Source: Candidatus Iainarchaeum sp. (GTDB taxonomy: Archaea > Iainarchaeota > Iainarchaeia > Iainarchaeales > DTGL01). Taken from it: 64,000 nt of DNA. Below, one piece after another: positions 46,711 through 56,677 of this stretch. The position numbers and the translations under genes were made by a program. Below the pieces are notes generated by a model that saw only the letters and a list, made by a program, of their open reading frames with translations, had not been told where the DNA came from and ran no database searches. The stretch's first letter is position 1. Each line of letters starts with the position of its first letter. The stretch is from NCBI GenBank assembly GCA_026413945.1, contig JAOAJX010000001.1, positions 64,001 through 128,000 on the forward strand. The letters run 5' to 3'.

Positions 46711-48949
46711 GCAGATACGCCTCTAATTTCTCAGAAAAGGAAATATAATCAAGCTCACCTTGTTCGCTGAGGTTCTTTAGAAATTTCGCTCTGCGCCTTA
46801 TCTTTTCTTCCATCGTTGAGAAAGGAATTTTGTTCTCGTCACATATTCTCTTTAGAACAATGCTTCGACCAACAATCGAATATAGATCAGCAATATCCTC
46901 TATTCGAAGCTGTTCTTTAGTGTTGGGTATTGTGGGCTTAAGCATAATGTCGTTGTATTCCAAGCGCTGATCTTTTGCGTTATATCTTATCACTTCTGCA
47001 ATGCTTTTTATAGTCCTTCTTGTACCTTCTTCACCCATAAAACCAATGTTTATTATTATGTCAGCAGATTCCAGCAGCGAGGGGGATAAGTTTATCGGTG
47101 GGGTGATTAGCCTGCTCATAACATCATTAACTGACCTTGCATGCATTGTTGCTAAAGAGCAATGCCCAGATGCCATTCCCTGGAACAAAACAAAAGTCTC
47201 TTTCCCACGAACTTCACCAACTATTAGATAGTCAGGTCTTTGCCTAAAAGATTCTTTTATAAGAGTCATGAGGTCAATTTCACCAAAGCGCTTACCACTA
47301 GAGTCTGGTGGTCCAAAGCCCTGCCTTGCAACTTGTGGGAGCCAATTATCATGCTTCAAATTTAGCTCACGAGTATCCTCTATTGAGACAATTCTTTGTG
47401 AGTGTGGTATAAACATTGCAAGTGCGTTGAGTAGGGTTGTTTTTCCACTTGCAGTAGCGCCTGTGATGATTATTGACTTCTTAAAATCTAAGGCAATCCA
47501 CAGATAGGCCATTATCAATGGATCAACAGTTCCGTTGGATATTAAAGTGGTTGGCGGCAATGGTTTTTCTGGAAAGAGACGTATTGTAAAGCTTGGCCCT
47601 CTAGTTGAAACTGATCCTGTAAGTACTGCATTTACACGTGAGCCATCTGGAAGAACAGCATCGAGCAATGGTGAAGCATAGGAAACATAGCTTTTGGATA
47701 ATTGTGCCATCTTTATTATAAAATCCTCCAAAGCCTCGATTGTCTGGAATGTTATATTGGTTGCAATGTGTCCTTCTTTTTTGTGGATTATGTAAATTGG
47801 CACATTTATTCCATCACATTCAATATCCTCAATAAAGGAATCGTGCATTAGTGGTTCAATTCTTTCCAAGCCGAGCAGATCTCTTGAAAGATAATACATC
47901 AGCTTGTGCCTACCTTGTCTTGTGAAGGTATAGCCACGCTTTCTAATTATTTCTTCAACCTTTGAGAATAGTTTCTCTTTTGTTAGTTCTTCTATTGTAA
48001 GAACTTCTATGAGCTCTGCTTTTATCAATTCTATCTTTTTGAGCTCATCTGAGCTAAGGTCTGGTTCAATTACGAAGTAAACTTTACGGCCTTTTGTTTG
48101 CTCTACTATCTTTGCATATGCATAGCCTGGTATCAAAGTGATTACATCAGGAAGCTTCGCTGTCACTTCTGCTTTTTCACCTTCCGCAAAAAGCTTATCT
48201 TTTAAGCTCACTATTGTTTCATGTTCTGCTTCAGCTGATTGTTTGCGCTTAACATCCTGAGATGTTCCAAGGTCTGCTAACCCGGAATCTGTTGCAAAGG
48301 CAGGTATGTAAAAATGCTCATCAAACTGCTCTTCTTCAAGCGGTGATTGGCTTACTTTTTTAGATAGGGTTTTTAATTTGCTTAAAATAGTCTTAAAGCC
48401 AGATGGCTTAGTCAATTGCTCTTCTTCAACTGCATTTTGTTTTTCTGATTCGTCTTTATATTTGGCTCTATTATACGTTAAAATGCTACCTAAAACAGAT
48501 ATTGCTGCTTTTCCACCCCGCACAGGTGGTGGCTTTGCTTCGCTCTTTATAATTTTACCTCTTAGCACCTCAATTTTTCCCTTTTTTGGCACTAACTCAA
48601 TGTAAAGTGGTTCAAGTCCAGCAGCTTTTTTTGCTCTGTTAAGCAATTTGTGTGATTCGAGAAATGTTTTCAGTATTTCTTCATCAAGAAAATGTCTGTT
48701 GAGAAATGAGCTTTTCTTAAGGACTACGGATAGGTTCTCGTATGTCGCTTTAGAAATCATTTTTTCTTCAAAGCTTGCTTTTAGCTCTCTTAAACATGCC
48801 TCTTTACTAAGTGCACCTTTCTTGAAGCGCTCGAGAACAAGAAGAGATTCTAAGCGCTCTTTAAGGTCAGAAACTTCTAGTTCAATCCTCGCTATGTCTT
48901 CCAGGTTTTCAAACATTTTTATCACCGTGTCCAAGATCTTTAAATTCAC
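46664..48949 (-). CDS. Type IV pilus assembly ATPase (VirB11/ArlI/TadA family) with long N-terminal extension
   Basis: EPLM.D..IEDI.CDG, LPDGSR, FTIR.F, GATASGKTT.LNAL, SIEDTREL, RQRPDY.IVGEVRG.E, GH....T.HA. Confidence 0.95.
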   Translation of the reverse strand: MNLKILDTVIKMFENLEDIARIELEVSDLKERLESLLVLERFKKGALSKEACLRELKASFEEKMISKATYENLSVVLKKSSFLNRHFLDEEILKTFLESHKLLNRAKKAAGLEPLYIELVPKKGKIEVLRGKIIKSEAKPPPVRGGKAAISVLGSILTYNRAKYKDESEKQNAVEEEQLTKPSGFKTILSKLKTLSKKVSQSPLEEEQFDEHFYIPAFATDSGLADLGTSQDVKRKQSAEAEHETIVSLKDKLFAEGEKAEVTAKLPDVITLIPGYAYAKIVEQTKGRKVYFVIEPDLSSDELKKIELIKAELIEVLTIEELTKEKLFSKVEEIIRKRGYTFTRQGRHKLMYYLSRDLLGLERIEPLMHDSFIEDIECDGINVPIYIIHKKEGHIATNITFQTIEALEDFIIKMAQLSKSYVSYASPLLDAVLPDGSRVNAVLTGSVSTRGPSFTIRLFPEKPLPPTTLISNGTVDPLIMAYLWIALDFKKSIIITGATASGKTTLLNALAMFIPHSQRIVSIEDTRELNLKHDNWLPQVARQGFGPPDSSGKRFGEIDLMTLIKESFRQRPDYLIVGEVRGKETFVLFQGMASGHCSLATMHARSVNDVMSRLITPPINLSPSLLESADIIINIGFMGEEGTRRTIKSIAEVIRYNAKDQRLEYNDIMLKPTIPNTKEQLRIEDIADLYSIVGRSIVLKRICDENKIPFSTMEEKIRRRAKFLKNLSEQGELDYISFSEKLEAYLHDEKYNIQNTSQIRK

Positions 48950-49241
48950 CGATTGAATTTTTGAAGCGTTCGTTATATTTTGTCTTAAGCTTGTCCATAC
49001 TCTCTGATAGTGTTATAATTCGGTTTATTATGTCCTTTCTAAGGTCAGATATTACTGCATCAATGATATCTGCTTCATGCAATATTCGAGGATCTTCTCT
49101 TTTGCTCATTGCGGATTCGATAAGCTCAGACTCGATCTCTTTTCGCCTGTTATCTGCCTTTCTTAGCTCACTTATCGAGCGCAATATGTTCTCACTCTGC
49201 AAGATGAGATCGCTTATGATATCTATGAATTCTTCAGACAT
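48909..49241 (-). CDS. Hypothetical coiled-coil protein in the pilus operon
   Basis: Helical 110-aa ORF overlapping both neighbours; GGTGAT RBS. Confidence 0.6.
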   Translation of the reverse strand: MSEEFIDIISDLILQSENILRSISELRKADNRRKEIESELIESAMSKREDPRILHEADIIDAVISDLRKDIINRIITLSESMDKLKTKYNERFKNSIGEFKDLGHGDKNV

Positions 49242-49944
49242 TCAAATCACCCATATAAATTCTTACAAAATCAAAACCAGATTCAAGTATAAAGTTTATC
49301 TTATAGGAATATGCACTACCATAAACATTTGCAACGATGTGTGCTTTGCCGATGTTATAGCCGGATTCAATAAATTCTGTTGAAACGTCGACTGTTGAAC
49401 CGATATAATTATCAAGGTAGAAATCGAGTTTTCCTTGGAAGATTTCATTTGTGTCTATGCGCCTTATTTGATACACGAGCTCGTCTAATTTTATTGGTGT
49501 GTTTCTATCTAGTTTTCGAACAGCAAACAAAAGATGCTCGTTTTCCATTATAAAGACATTGACATCATTAATCTTTGATTCGTATGCATTTACAGAGAGG
49601 TTCGCACCAATGAAAAAATTGCCCTCGGATTTTTTTCGTCTTGGGCTTATGATATCAGCGATTGTCTTCTTTTCGCTAAAGATCATATCGGAAGCTGAAT
49701 TGATATCAAGAGCGTCTGATAAATTTATGGTTAAGAGTCTTTTCGAACCCTCTCCTTCAGAGGAAACCATCGAAATTACAGAATCAATGTTTTTCATTGT
49801 GGCTTCTGCCTGCTTTAGTTCGTTGTATTCCTTTATCTTAGTAAGGTAAGGAAGACCAACTTGGAGTATAAGTGAGACAACAACTAAGCTTATAAGGGTG
49901 TAAAGCACTGCGCTTACAATTGTTGATTGCCCTTTACTTTTCAT
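49234..49944 (-). CDS. Minor pilin-like protein with class III signal peptide
   Basis: MKSKG/QSTIVSAVLYTLISLVVV. Confidence 0.8.
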   Translation of the reverse strand: MKSKGQSTIVSAVLYTLISLVVVSLILQVGLPYLTKIKEYNELKQAEATMKNIDSVISMVSSEGEGSKRLLTINLSDALDINSASDMIFSEKKTIADIISPRRKKSEGNFFIGANLSVNAYESKINDVNVFIMENEHLLFAVRKLDRNTPIKLDELVYQIRRIDTNEIFQGKLDFYLDNYIGSTVDVSTEFIESGYNIGKAHIVANVYGSAYSYKINFILESGFDFVRIYMGDLNV

Positions 49945-50474
49945 TTTGCAATTACCTCCGCGTTGCGCAGAAGCTCTAACCTGTACTTAAACTTGTTTTT
50001 AAGGTTAAAGCTTGCGTCACAAAAATTAAATAAATAGTCATTTAAAAGTGTTTCTTTGCTTATAATAACTGTTGTTCCATCAGGCACTGTGCCTGAAACA
50101 ACGCTGCTATAATAATTGCAATCCTCACCAGTGTAATTGCCAAAAACGTACTGCCTATTATCATCGTATGCTACAAAAGCAAGCTTCATTGTGAGGCCTT
50201 TGGTTGCAAGATAGTTCTTAAATCGCAATGCTGTTTGGCTCATAACTGAGTTTAGGTCATTTAAGTAAATGCCGGATGCTCTTGCTATTGCTAATTCTTT
50301 CTTTATGTTTTCAATCTCAAAAGCCCCTGTTGTTTTAAATGTTGATGCAGTGCGTATTGAAACTATAGCAGCCAATACAAAAGCAGCCAGTATGAATGTT
50401 ACTAATAGATATGCTTGTGCTTTTTTGCCGCATTGGTTCAGATTATCCTTACTGAGAATCGTATGGTCTAGCAT
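49941..50474 (-). CDS. Minor pilin-like protein with class III signal peptide
   Basis: KKA/QAYLLVTFILAAFVLAAIV. Confidence 0.72.
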   Translation of the reverse strand: MLDHTILSKDNLNQCGKKAQAYLLVTFILAAFVLAAIVSIRTASTFKTTGAFEIENIKKELAIARASGIYLNDLNSVMSQTALRFKNYLATKGLTMKLAFVAYDDNRQYVFGNYTGEDCNYYSSVVSGTVPDGTTVIISKETLLNDYLFNFCDASFNLKNKFKYRLELLRNAEVIAK

Positions 50475-50841
50475 ATAGTTTCATCACCACAAGTTTATGA
50501 TGTGTTATGTTTCCGTCAAAAAGGTATGCTACAAGTACATAGTTTCCAGATTCTGGCTTTTGTCCTATGCATTGATTGTTCTCATCGCATATTTGAACTT
50601 CAAAAGGGTATTTTATGTAACGTGACATTTGTTCCTTTATTGCGAGCAAAGAGTTTTCATCGGAGGCGGCTATAATTGAAGCCCTGAGAGAATTGTCCTC
50701 GGCTATGGAAAGAAGAGCTGATTCGCAGTTTGCTCTGACTTCAGAATATTTTGCTTGTGGAGTAATAGTTGGTATGGAGAGCATAGCTAACATGCCAATT
50801 ATGATAACGCCTGCAATCATAACCTCAAAAGTTTTCATCAC
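50449..50841 (-). CDS. Pilin-like small protein
   Basis: MKTFEVMIAGVIII hydrophobic N-terminus with Glu; operon context. Confidence 0.62.
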   Translation of the reverse strand: MMKTFEVMIAGVIIIGMLAMLSIPTITPQAKYSEVRANCESALLSIAEDNSLRASIIAASDENSLLAIKEQMSRYIKYPFEVQICDENNQCIGQKPESGNYVLVAYLFDGNITHHKLVVMKLYARPYDSQ

Positions 50842-52877
50842 CTTTTGAGCCTCCTTATAAAAATGAACATTAGAATTGAAATTAATATAAGAATAAAAAG
50901 TGTAATAAAATCAAAATTTTTGTATTTATTTATAAAAGTCATTTCTGCATTTATATCTTCAGACGGCACAGGGATGTTGAAATTCGAGATCTCTATTTTT
51001 AGCCCATTAAATTCATCTTCTGATAGTATTTTTCCACGGTATTTCAACTCAGTGCTTTCATTTGGCTTTAAGGCCATAATCTCAATAGAAATTTTTTTTG
51101 ATGACTGATTTATTTGGGCTGGATAATTGCTTTTTATCTCATTAATATCTTTATCAATTATTTCAGGAATAAAGTCAATCAAATAAAATTTGCTTAATGG
51201 CTCAGAACCGGTGTTTTTAATTGAAAGAATAATCAAAATGGCGTAACTTTTTCCTTGTATTGAGTTTATTTCTAAGATTTGAACTTCTCTTTTTATTGCA
51301 AGTGAGTTCCAGATTTTTTCTGTAGAAGTTGGGATTGTTTTAAAATAATCTTTGAGCTTTTCATAGAATAAAATCTTCTCTTCATCGTAATCTATAAGGT
51401 AACTTTTCAATAATGAAATTTTGGCTATCTTTGAGCTTAGCTGTTCAAGGCCGCTCTTTAATTCTACAAGAGAGGTTCTTGCGGTTTCATAATCGCCATA
51501 GTTTATTTTCTCTTTTAAGGCAACAATCTTGTTTTTTAGGTTTAGCAGCTCTTCTTCGGCTTCTTTTTGTTCAAGCAAGGCCAGAGCATTGTTCTTTGAA
51601 ATTTTTTCAGAGATTTGTTCTGCAAGCTTCTCAAGGTCTTTTGCTTTGGACTCTGCATTTAGCAGGATTATTTTTTCTGATTCAATTTCTGCTTTGTTTA
51701 AGGCAGCATCAAAAGCAGTAAAGTGCAGCATTATTTTCTCGGAAGTTGTATTGTTTAGATTGATTTTCAAAATCGACTCTTTAGATGAATCACTTGGTTC
51801 CTGCTTAAATATCTGTTGTTGCTTGTCAAACGACACAATTATTTTGAAAACATCACCGGAATGGTTTAATTTAGCAGTTAGCTCATTTCTGTCTGTTTGT
51901 GTTATTGAAATAATATTGATTTCGGGCGGCTTAGAATCAACAAAGAAGCTAATTGTTTGGGTGCTATTTAAGTCCAGTTCATCTACTAAGGTTACAGTTA
52001 CCTTGGCCTCACCATCTATGCTCTTCAGCTCAAACTCAGAAATAAAGCCTTTTTCAGTCTTTACGAAGCTTAGCTTTTCTGTTTCGGTACCTTGCGTTAT
52101 TATCCCAGAAATGCTTTTTATGTTAGCGTTTGAATCGAAGGGCTCAACAATAACATTAACCCTCTCTGCTGAAAAATACCTCAAGCCGTTTAAATCTCTG
52201 TGACTCATGTTTAAATCTAAGATACTTAGAGCAAATTCTGGACCTTTGGTTGAGGTTACTAAGCAGCTTTCTTTTTGGCTTGTAGAGCTATTTCCAGCCA
52301 CATCATAAGCCGTTACTGTATAACAGTATTTTCTTCGCTCAAGTGCATTGTGCTCGTATTTTGTTTCATCTGAAGGTACCTTTATATAGAATTCCTTTTT
52401 TATCACACCAAATTCAGTGATCTTAATAACATAATAATCAATGCCACTCAAATCAGAAGCTGCGGCCCATGAGATATTCGCTTTTTTATCTGAAAGAAAC
52501 GCTGAAACGTTTGAAGGTGCTGTTGGTGCCTTTCTATCTAAAATTATGCTTGCCGCAGCAAGAGCTTCGCTATTGGAATCTCGTGCTTTAACATATATTG
52601 TTTTGTTTCCATCTGCCAAATTGCAACCATATGAATCGGTAAGTAAAAACTTCATCTTTTGTGAATATGGTTGCCAATTTGTCCAGCTTTCTGAATCACA
52701 AGAAAAGCAAATCTCCTCAGCATTAGCAATTATTGAAACATTTAGCTTAAGGTCATTTGTGTATTTATTACCGTCTTCGATCAAAACATAATCTATGTGG
52801 GCAGCTATAGAAAAAGATTGGCAAATAACAAGAGCAAAAATGCAGTAAACTAGTGATTTATTATCCATAGTTCTCAA
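50838..52877 (-). CDS. Secreted Fn3/Ig-domain protein with C-terminal TM anchor
   Basis: Signal peptide; LD..APTAP.N......ISW.AASD.SGI.YY...Y.VTAYD.AGN Fn3; coiled coil; C-terminal TM. Confidence 0.8.
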   Translation of the reverse strand: MRTMDNKSLVYCIFALVICQSFSIAAHIDYVLIEDGNKYTNDLKLNVSIIANAEEICFSCDSESWTNWQPYSQKMKFLLTDSYGCNLADGNKTIYVKARDSNSEALAAASIILDRKAPTAPSNVSAFLSDKKANISWAAASDLSGIDYYVIKITEFGVIKKEFYIKVPSDETKYEHNALERRKYCYTVTAYDVAGNSSTSQKESCLVTSTKGPEFALSILDLNMSHRDLNGLRYFSAERVNVIVEPFDSNANIKSISGIITQGTETEKLSFVKTEKGFISEFELKSIDGEAKVTVTLVDELDLNSTQTISFFVDSKPPEINIISITQTDRNELTAKLNHSGDVFKIIVSFDKQQQIFKQEPSDSSKESILKINLNNTTSEKIMLHFTAFDAALNKAEIESEKIILLNAESKAKDLEKLAEQISEKISKNNALALLEQKEAEEELLNLKNKIVALKEKINYGDYETARTSLVELKSGLEQLSSKIAKISLLKSYLIDYDEEKILFYEKLKDYFKTIPTSTEKIWNSLAIKREVQILEINSIQGKSYAILIILSIKNTGSEPLSKFYLIDFIPEIIDKDINEIKSNYPAQINQSSKKISIEIMALKPNESTELKYRGKILSEDEFNGLKIEISNFNIPVPSEDINAEMTFINKYKNFDFITLFILILISILMFIFIRRLKR

Positions 52878-52919
52878 TAGAATACGCTCTCTTTGTTTAA
52901 AAGCATTATCGGAAATTGA

Positions 52920-53312
52920 CTATGCTTTTGAAAGAGCGATTATTTTACTTTTAAGCCACATTTCATCTAAGCTTAAGCTCAAAGTTTCGTTGCCTAAAAT
53001 AAAACAGGGCACTTGTTTTAATTCAATGCCATAAGCATTTAGCTTTTCTGTGCTAATATCAACAAATATGACCTCATAAGTAAATTTTTCAGCCAATTCT
53101 TTGTCTAAAGACAATTTTTTTAGCATTTGTTCGAATCTGGCTGACTCAGAATCATCTGATTTCAAGAAAGCTATAATCTTTATTTTACTCTTAGCTTTTG
53201 GGTCTTGAGTAATGCTCTGGTTTATGAAAGATGGCAAAAAAACTGCAAAAAAGAAAAGCGAAAAAATAAGCAAAAGAACAATTGAAACCTTGACAAAGGG
53301 CTTTAGCGCCAT
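52920..53312 (-). CDS. Membrane-anchored thioredoxin-fold protein lacking CxxC
   Basis: TM, SESA in place of CxxC, ..VD.....YGI....VP.FI. Confidence 0.55.
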   Translation of the reverse strand: MALKPFVKVSIVLLLIFSLFFFAVFLPSFINQSITQDPKAKSKIKIIAFLKSDDSESARFEQMLKKLSLDKELAEKFTYEVIFVDISTEKLNAYGIELKQVPCFILGNETLSLSLDEMWLKSKIIALSKA

Positions 53313-53345
53313 AAAAATGCCTCTTTCTTGTTTATTTTTGTCGTT

Positions 53346-53786
53346 TTAGCTGCATGATGATGTTGTGTCGCTAATTGTATCGCATTGTAATGGAATTATC
53401 TTAATCTCTGAAACTGTTTTTTCATGATTTGCAGTCAGATATGCAATGCCTGTTGCCCCAACATCAATGTAAAGGTTGCTGTTCTTGTTTGAATCTGAGC
53501 TATTATCAGCATACTTTGCAATAACCTTGAAGCCATTTAAGTCAACAGAACCTGTGTTTTCTATCTTGACTGAGACAAGCTCGCTTCTGCCTTTGTCATA
53601 AGTGCAAGAAATTATTGTTATGCCAGCATTGCTGCAGTTTATTCTTTTTCTGCCAATTTCTTCGCCTTTGGTTATACTTTCACCAACAAAACTGTGAAGC
53701 CAACCAAAATACGTGGCTGCCAAGATAACACTTACAAGTACTAGTAAGACAGTAGCAATTATTGGGCTTATGCCTTTTTGTGACAT
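53346..53786 (-). CDS. Archaeal type IV pilin
   Basis: MSQKG/ISPIIATVLLVLVSV class III signal; IENTG.VDL. Confidence 0.9.
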   Translation of the reverse strand: MSQKGISPIIATVLLVLVSVILAATYFGWLHSFVGESITKGEEIGRKRINCSNAGITIISCTYDKGRSELVSVKIENTGSVDLNGFKVIAKYADNSSDSNKNSNLYIDVGATGIAYLTANHEKTVSEIKIIPLQCDTISDTTSSCS

Positions 53787-53852
53787 GTGAGTGTTTAGCA
53801 TAGGTAGCATAGGAACACATAAAAAATAAAAAAATAATAAATTTAAGTATAT

Positions 53853-54269
53853 TTAGCTTGTGCAATCTCTTTCAGCATATATTTTTGGATATTCAACAGA
53901 AGTCACTCTTACTCGAGTTGTTGTTGCAGTGCATGTCGCTGTCTTAGTATCAGTTTCTTTTGGTGAAAGCACATCAAAAGAAATCGTGGCTGTTGCTTTT
54001 GTTGCTCCTGTTGAATCTAAGCAGTTTACAGTGAAGTTATTGAGGTCGGTTGTACCTGTGTTATCCAATAAAAGAGTTATTGTTGTTCCGGAACGAGTGC
54101 AAGTCTTAATCGCAAAACTTCCTCCAAGGCCTTTTAAGTCTTCCCCTGTTTTTGCAGTAGTTTCTTGTGTTGTGCTCATTAAGAAAGGAAGTAAAACCAT
54201 CACCAGTGCAACCGCAACTAAAACTAAAAGAACTGTTGCAATTACTGGGCTGATGCCTTTTGAGTTCAT
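53853..54269 (-). CDS. Archaeal type IV pilin (likely the major pilin)
   Basis: MNSKG/ISPVIATVLLVLVAV; GAGGTGAT RBS; T-rich tract downstream. Confidence 0.92.
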   Translation of the reverse strand: MNSKGISPVIATVLLVLVAVALVMVLLPFLMSTTQETTAKTGEDLKGLGGSFAIKTCTRSGTTITLLLDNTGTTDLNNFTVNCLDSTGATKATATISFDVLSPKETDTKTATCTATTTRVRVTSVEYPKIYAERDCTS

Positions 54270-54381
54270 TATATCACCTCATATAAGTTTATTTGCTGAA
54301 GTATAATAAGAATTCGTAGTTTATAATCTTTTCTATTACATTTTTCAAACTAGAAAATCCGTCAGTGTGCTGAGATTATTT

Positions 54382-54786
54382 CTATTTGTTCTCTTCGAGA
54401 AGCTTTGCTTGTACAATGCCATTCTGCCCAGGCCTACTTGTAACAATAGCTTTGAGCTTCTTGCCTTCGTGCTCAACCTCTATGATCGCACCTTTTGTTA
54501 TAACATTTTGCCTTGCGTATTGCCTATTTGCATCATTCTTTATTACTTGTTTTATCTCTGCAGTGAAAACTTTGCCATTATTGCTTATAGATGCCATTCT
54601 TGCCTTTTGGAGCTTTACTTTTTGTGTTTTTCCTCGAGCTTTTGCCTTCTTCCTTTGCTCTTTTTCTGCAACCTTAGTCATTGTTGGTGGATTACCTTTC
54701 CAAGCAAGTTTCTTGTCGCAACGTTCAGTGCTATGCCTTAGGCCACCGCTAACTTTCCTTTTTGACTTTAACATATATTCTGCCAA
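54382..54786 (-). CDS. rps8e: 30S ribosomal protein S8e
   Basis: SKRK.SGG, N.AN..Y.R.NVITKGAII, A.VTSRPGQ.G.V.A.L. Confidence 0.95.
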   Translation of the reverse strand: MAEYMLKSKRKVSGGLRHSTERCDKKLAWKGNPPTMTKVAEKEQRKKAKARGKTQKVKLQKARMASISNNGKVFTAEIKQVIKNDANRQYARQNVITKGAIIEVEHEGKKLKAIVTSRPGQNGIVQAKLLEENK

Positions 54787-54841
54787 AAAAATCACCTAAA
54801 AACATTAAAACATTTTTGTAAAAGCATTAGTATAGTCCAAC

Positions 54842-55357
54842 ATGGCTCGAAAAAAAATTTTTCTGCTTTTAAGTAAAACAACTTCTGATTTAAATAGTTT
54901 GATGCCAAAAATTAATAAATGTTTGTCTTACTATAAAAAAGACGTTTGCTTTGTTGCTATAGTTCCTGCCAATAGCATACTTAGCAGAAGACAAATTTTA
55001 AGTGCTGCTGAAAAGTCTATTGAATCGTTCTGCTCTAAACAGAGATTTTCGAAGAAGCTTGATATCGAATTTTTACTATACCTTTATGGAAAAACAAAAA
55101 TTGATGAAGCCATAAAAATTGCTAATTCTGGGAAAAGAGATTTGCTCATTGCTATCTCAGAGAAAAAATCTTTTATAAAATGCCTAAAAAAAGAGGGCTT
55201 GGGTAGAAGATCGTTTTCTCTTAAACCAAAAATTGCAGAAATGAAAAAAATATATAGTGACGCTATAAAACACATCCGTGGCAAATTATGTAAAAATGAG
55301 TTAGAGCTTGCGGTTATAGAAATGCAAACTATGCTCTTGGCAAGGACTTGCAAATGA
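54842..55357 (+). CDS. cgi121: KEOPS complex subunit Cgi121-like
   Basis: I....Q...A......F.......K.LD.EFLLYL.G...I.EAI. Confidence 0.65.
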   Translation: MARKKIFLLLSKTTSDLNSLMPKINKCLSYYKKDVCFVAIVPANSILSRRQILSAAEKSIESFCSKQRFSKKLDIEFLLYLYGKTKIDEAIKIANSGKRDLLIAISEKKSFIKCLKKEGLGRRSFSLKPKIAEMKKIYSDAIKHIRGKLCKNELELAVIEMQTMLLARTCK

Positions 55358-55415
55358 AAAATTTGTGAATAGTTTTTTAATTTTTGCCAATCACTATTGG
55401 TTATGCGGTGATTTT

Positions 55416-55691
55416 ATGGAATTTCCAAAGAAAATGAGCAGATACTGCAAGAAATGTAAGAGGCATACCGAACATAACATAAAGGAATACAAAGGCGGCA
55501 GAGCTAGAAAAATGGCAAAAGGCACAAGAAAGCACGAAAGGAACAATCTTGGTTATGGTGGCAAATATCAAGCAGTAGCGCATAAAAAGAAACTTAACAA
55601 AAAACCAACATTTAGTGCAATTTGCAATGTCTGTGGCGCAAAGAAGGTCTTTACTATAGGAAAAAGGTTAAAGAAGCCGCAGCTTGTTTAG
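55416..55691 (+). CDS. rpl44e: 50S ribosomal protein L44e
   Basis: M.FPK....YCK.C..HT.H, G.R...R...GYGG, KK..KK.....C..CG. Confidence 0.93.
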   Translation: MEFPKKMSRYCKKCKRHTEHNIKEYKGGRARKMAKGTRKHERNNLGYGGKYQAVAHKKKLNKKPTFSAICNVCGAKKVFTIGKRLKKPQLV

Positions 55692-55737
55692 CTAAAAAAT
55701 GAAAGTGGTTTAAAGCTTGCTTATTTAAAATATTAAC

Positions 55738-56517
55738 ATGGTTTCAAAGGAAGCTGTGCTGTTAATCCTGAAACAGAGGCAAGGCATCAAGTATAATGAT
55801 GTTTTGTCGAGCATACTAAGCGATTATTCAAGCATAAATTCTGCAAGGGCTGCATTAAGTAGAATTGTGAGGTATTTTTCTGCTCTTGGCTACATAACAA
55901 GAAAGTCCGGATCTCTTTACATTACTGATAAAGGAAATGCTTATTTATACAGTAGGATGAAAAGTAAGCTTATAATAAAGCTTAACAGTAGCATAAAAGA
56001 AAAAAATGTAAACGAAACTGTGAAGCAACTTTCTGTTTTAATTGAGCGCAGCAAAATAGAAGATGGACTACTTGATATTGCAAGAAAAAATGCTGGATTT
56101 TACTTATGTGAAGTCGAGCAAATTTGGTGTGAGCTCGACAAGCAATCAAAGCAGCTAGCTTATTTGAGTGGCGTACTTAAAAAGCAAATCGAGATGTTGA
56201 GGGAAATGGATTTTCCAAACAAGAGAGTTTTCAGCAGGGATTTATTGAAGGAAATCTTTGCAAGATTATTTGAGCGTGGGGAAAAAGATACTTTAGTTAT
56301 AACTGCACCAAAGCAGACTTTAGATACAATTGCGTTGAAGATTGGTCTCCAGACACAAGCAAACACATTAGCAGTACCACCAGATAAGGCGTTTGATTTG
56401 TTAGATTTTTTAGAAGAAAAAAATGTAAGGGTGAGTATTGCTTTGCATGGTTTTTTGTTTTCAGTTGGTGAGAATATAGAAGTTGTTGCACCGGCCAGCA
56501 AACTTGATCTACTTTAG
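55738..56517 (+). CDS. Hypothetical protein with N-terminal winged-helix
   Basis: SARAALSR.......LGYI.R....LYITDKG. Confidence 0.6.
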   Translation: MVSKEAVLLILKQRQGIKYNDVLSSILSDYSSINSARAALSRIVRYFSALGYITRKSGSLYITDKGNAYLYSRMKSKLIIKLNSSIKEKNVNETVKQLSVLIERSKIEDGLLDIARKNAGFYLCEVEQIWCELDKQSKQLAYLSGVLKKQIEMLREMDFPNKRVFSRDLLKEIFARLFERGEKDTLVITAPKQTLDTIALKIGLQTQANTLAVPPDKAFDLLDFLEEKNVRVSIALHGFLFSVGENIEVVAPASKLDLL

Positions 56518-56541
56518 GATAATACTAGGGGGTCTTAATAA

Positions 56542-56612
56542 TGCGGCTGCCGGGATTTGAACCCGGGCTAAGAGCTTGGAAGGCTCTCGTGCTGCCACTA
56601 CACCACAGCCGC
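56542..56612 (-). tRNA. tRNA-Gly(TCC)
   Basis: Reverse complement GCGGCTGTGGTGTAGTGGCAGCACGAGAGCCT-TCC-AAGCTCTTAGCCCGGGTTCAAATCCCGGCAGCCGCA. Confidence 0.95.
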
Positions 56613-56677
56613 GTTATGATTGATACTTCACTAAAATTGTTTTTTATTTGTTTTTGTTGTATATATTTGGGGGTTTG

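Noticed and set aside
44976-54269. Archaellum operon
   Set aside because: No ArlH/F/G or archaellin-type sequences; the pilins are of the KG/ISP.IAT type
11684-56612. Shared 3' sequence of the tRNA-Gly genes as attL/attR of an integrated element
   Set aside because: All three are complete tRNAs with different anticodons, no integrase is visible, and core genes lie between them
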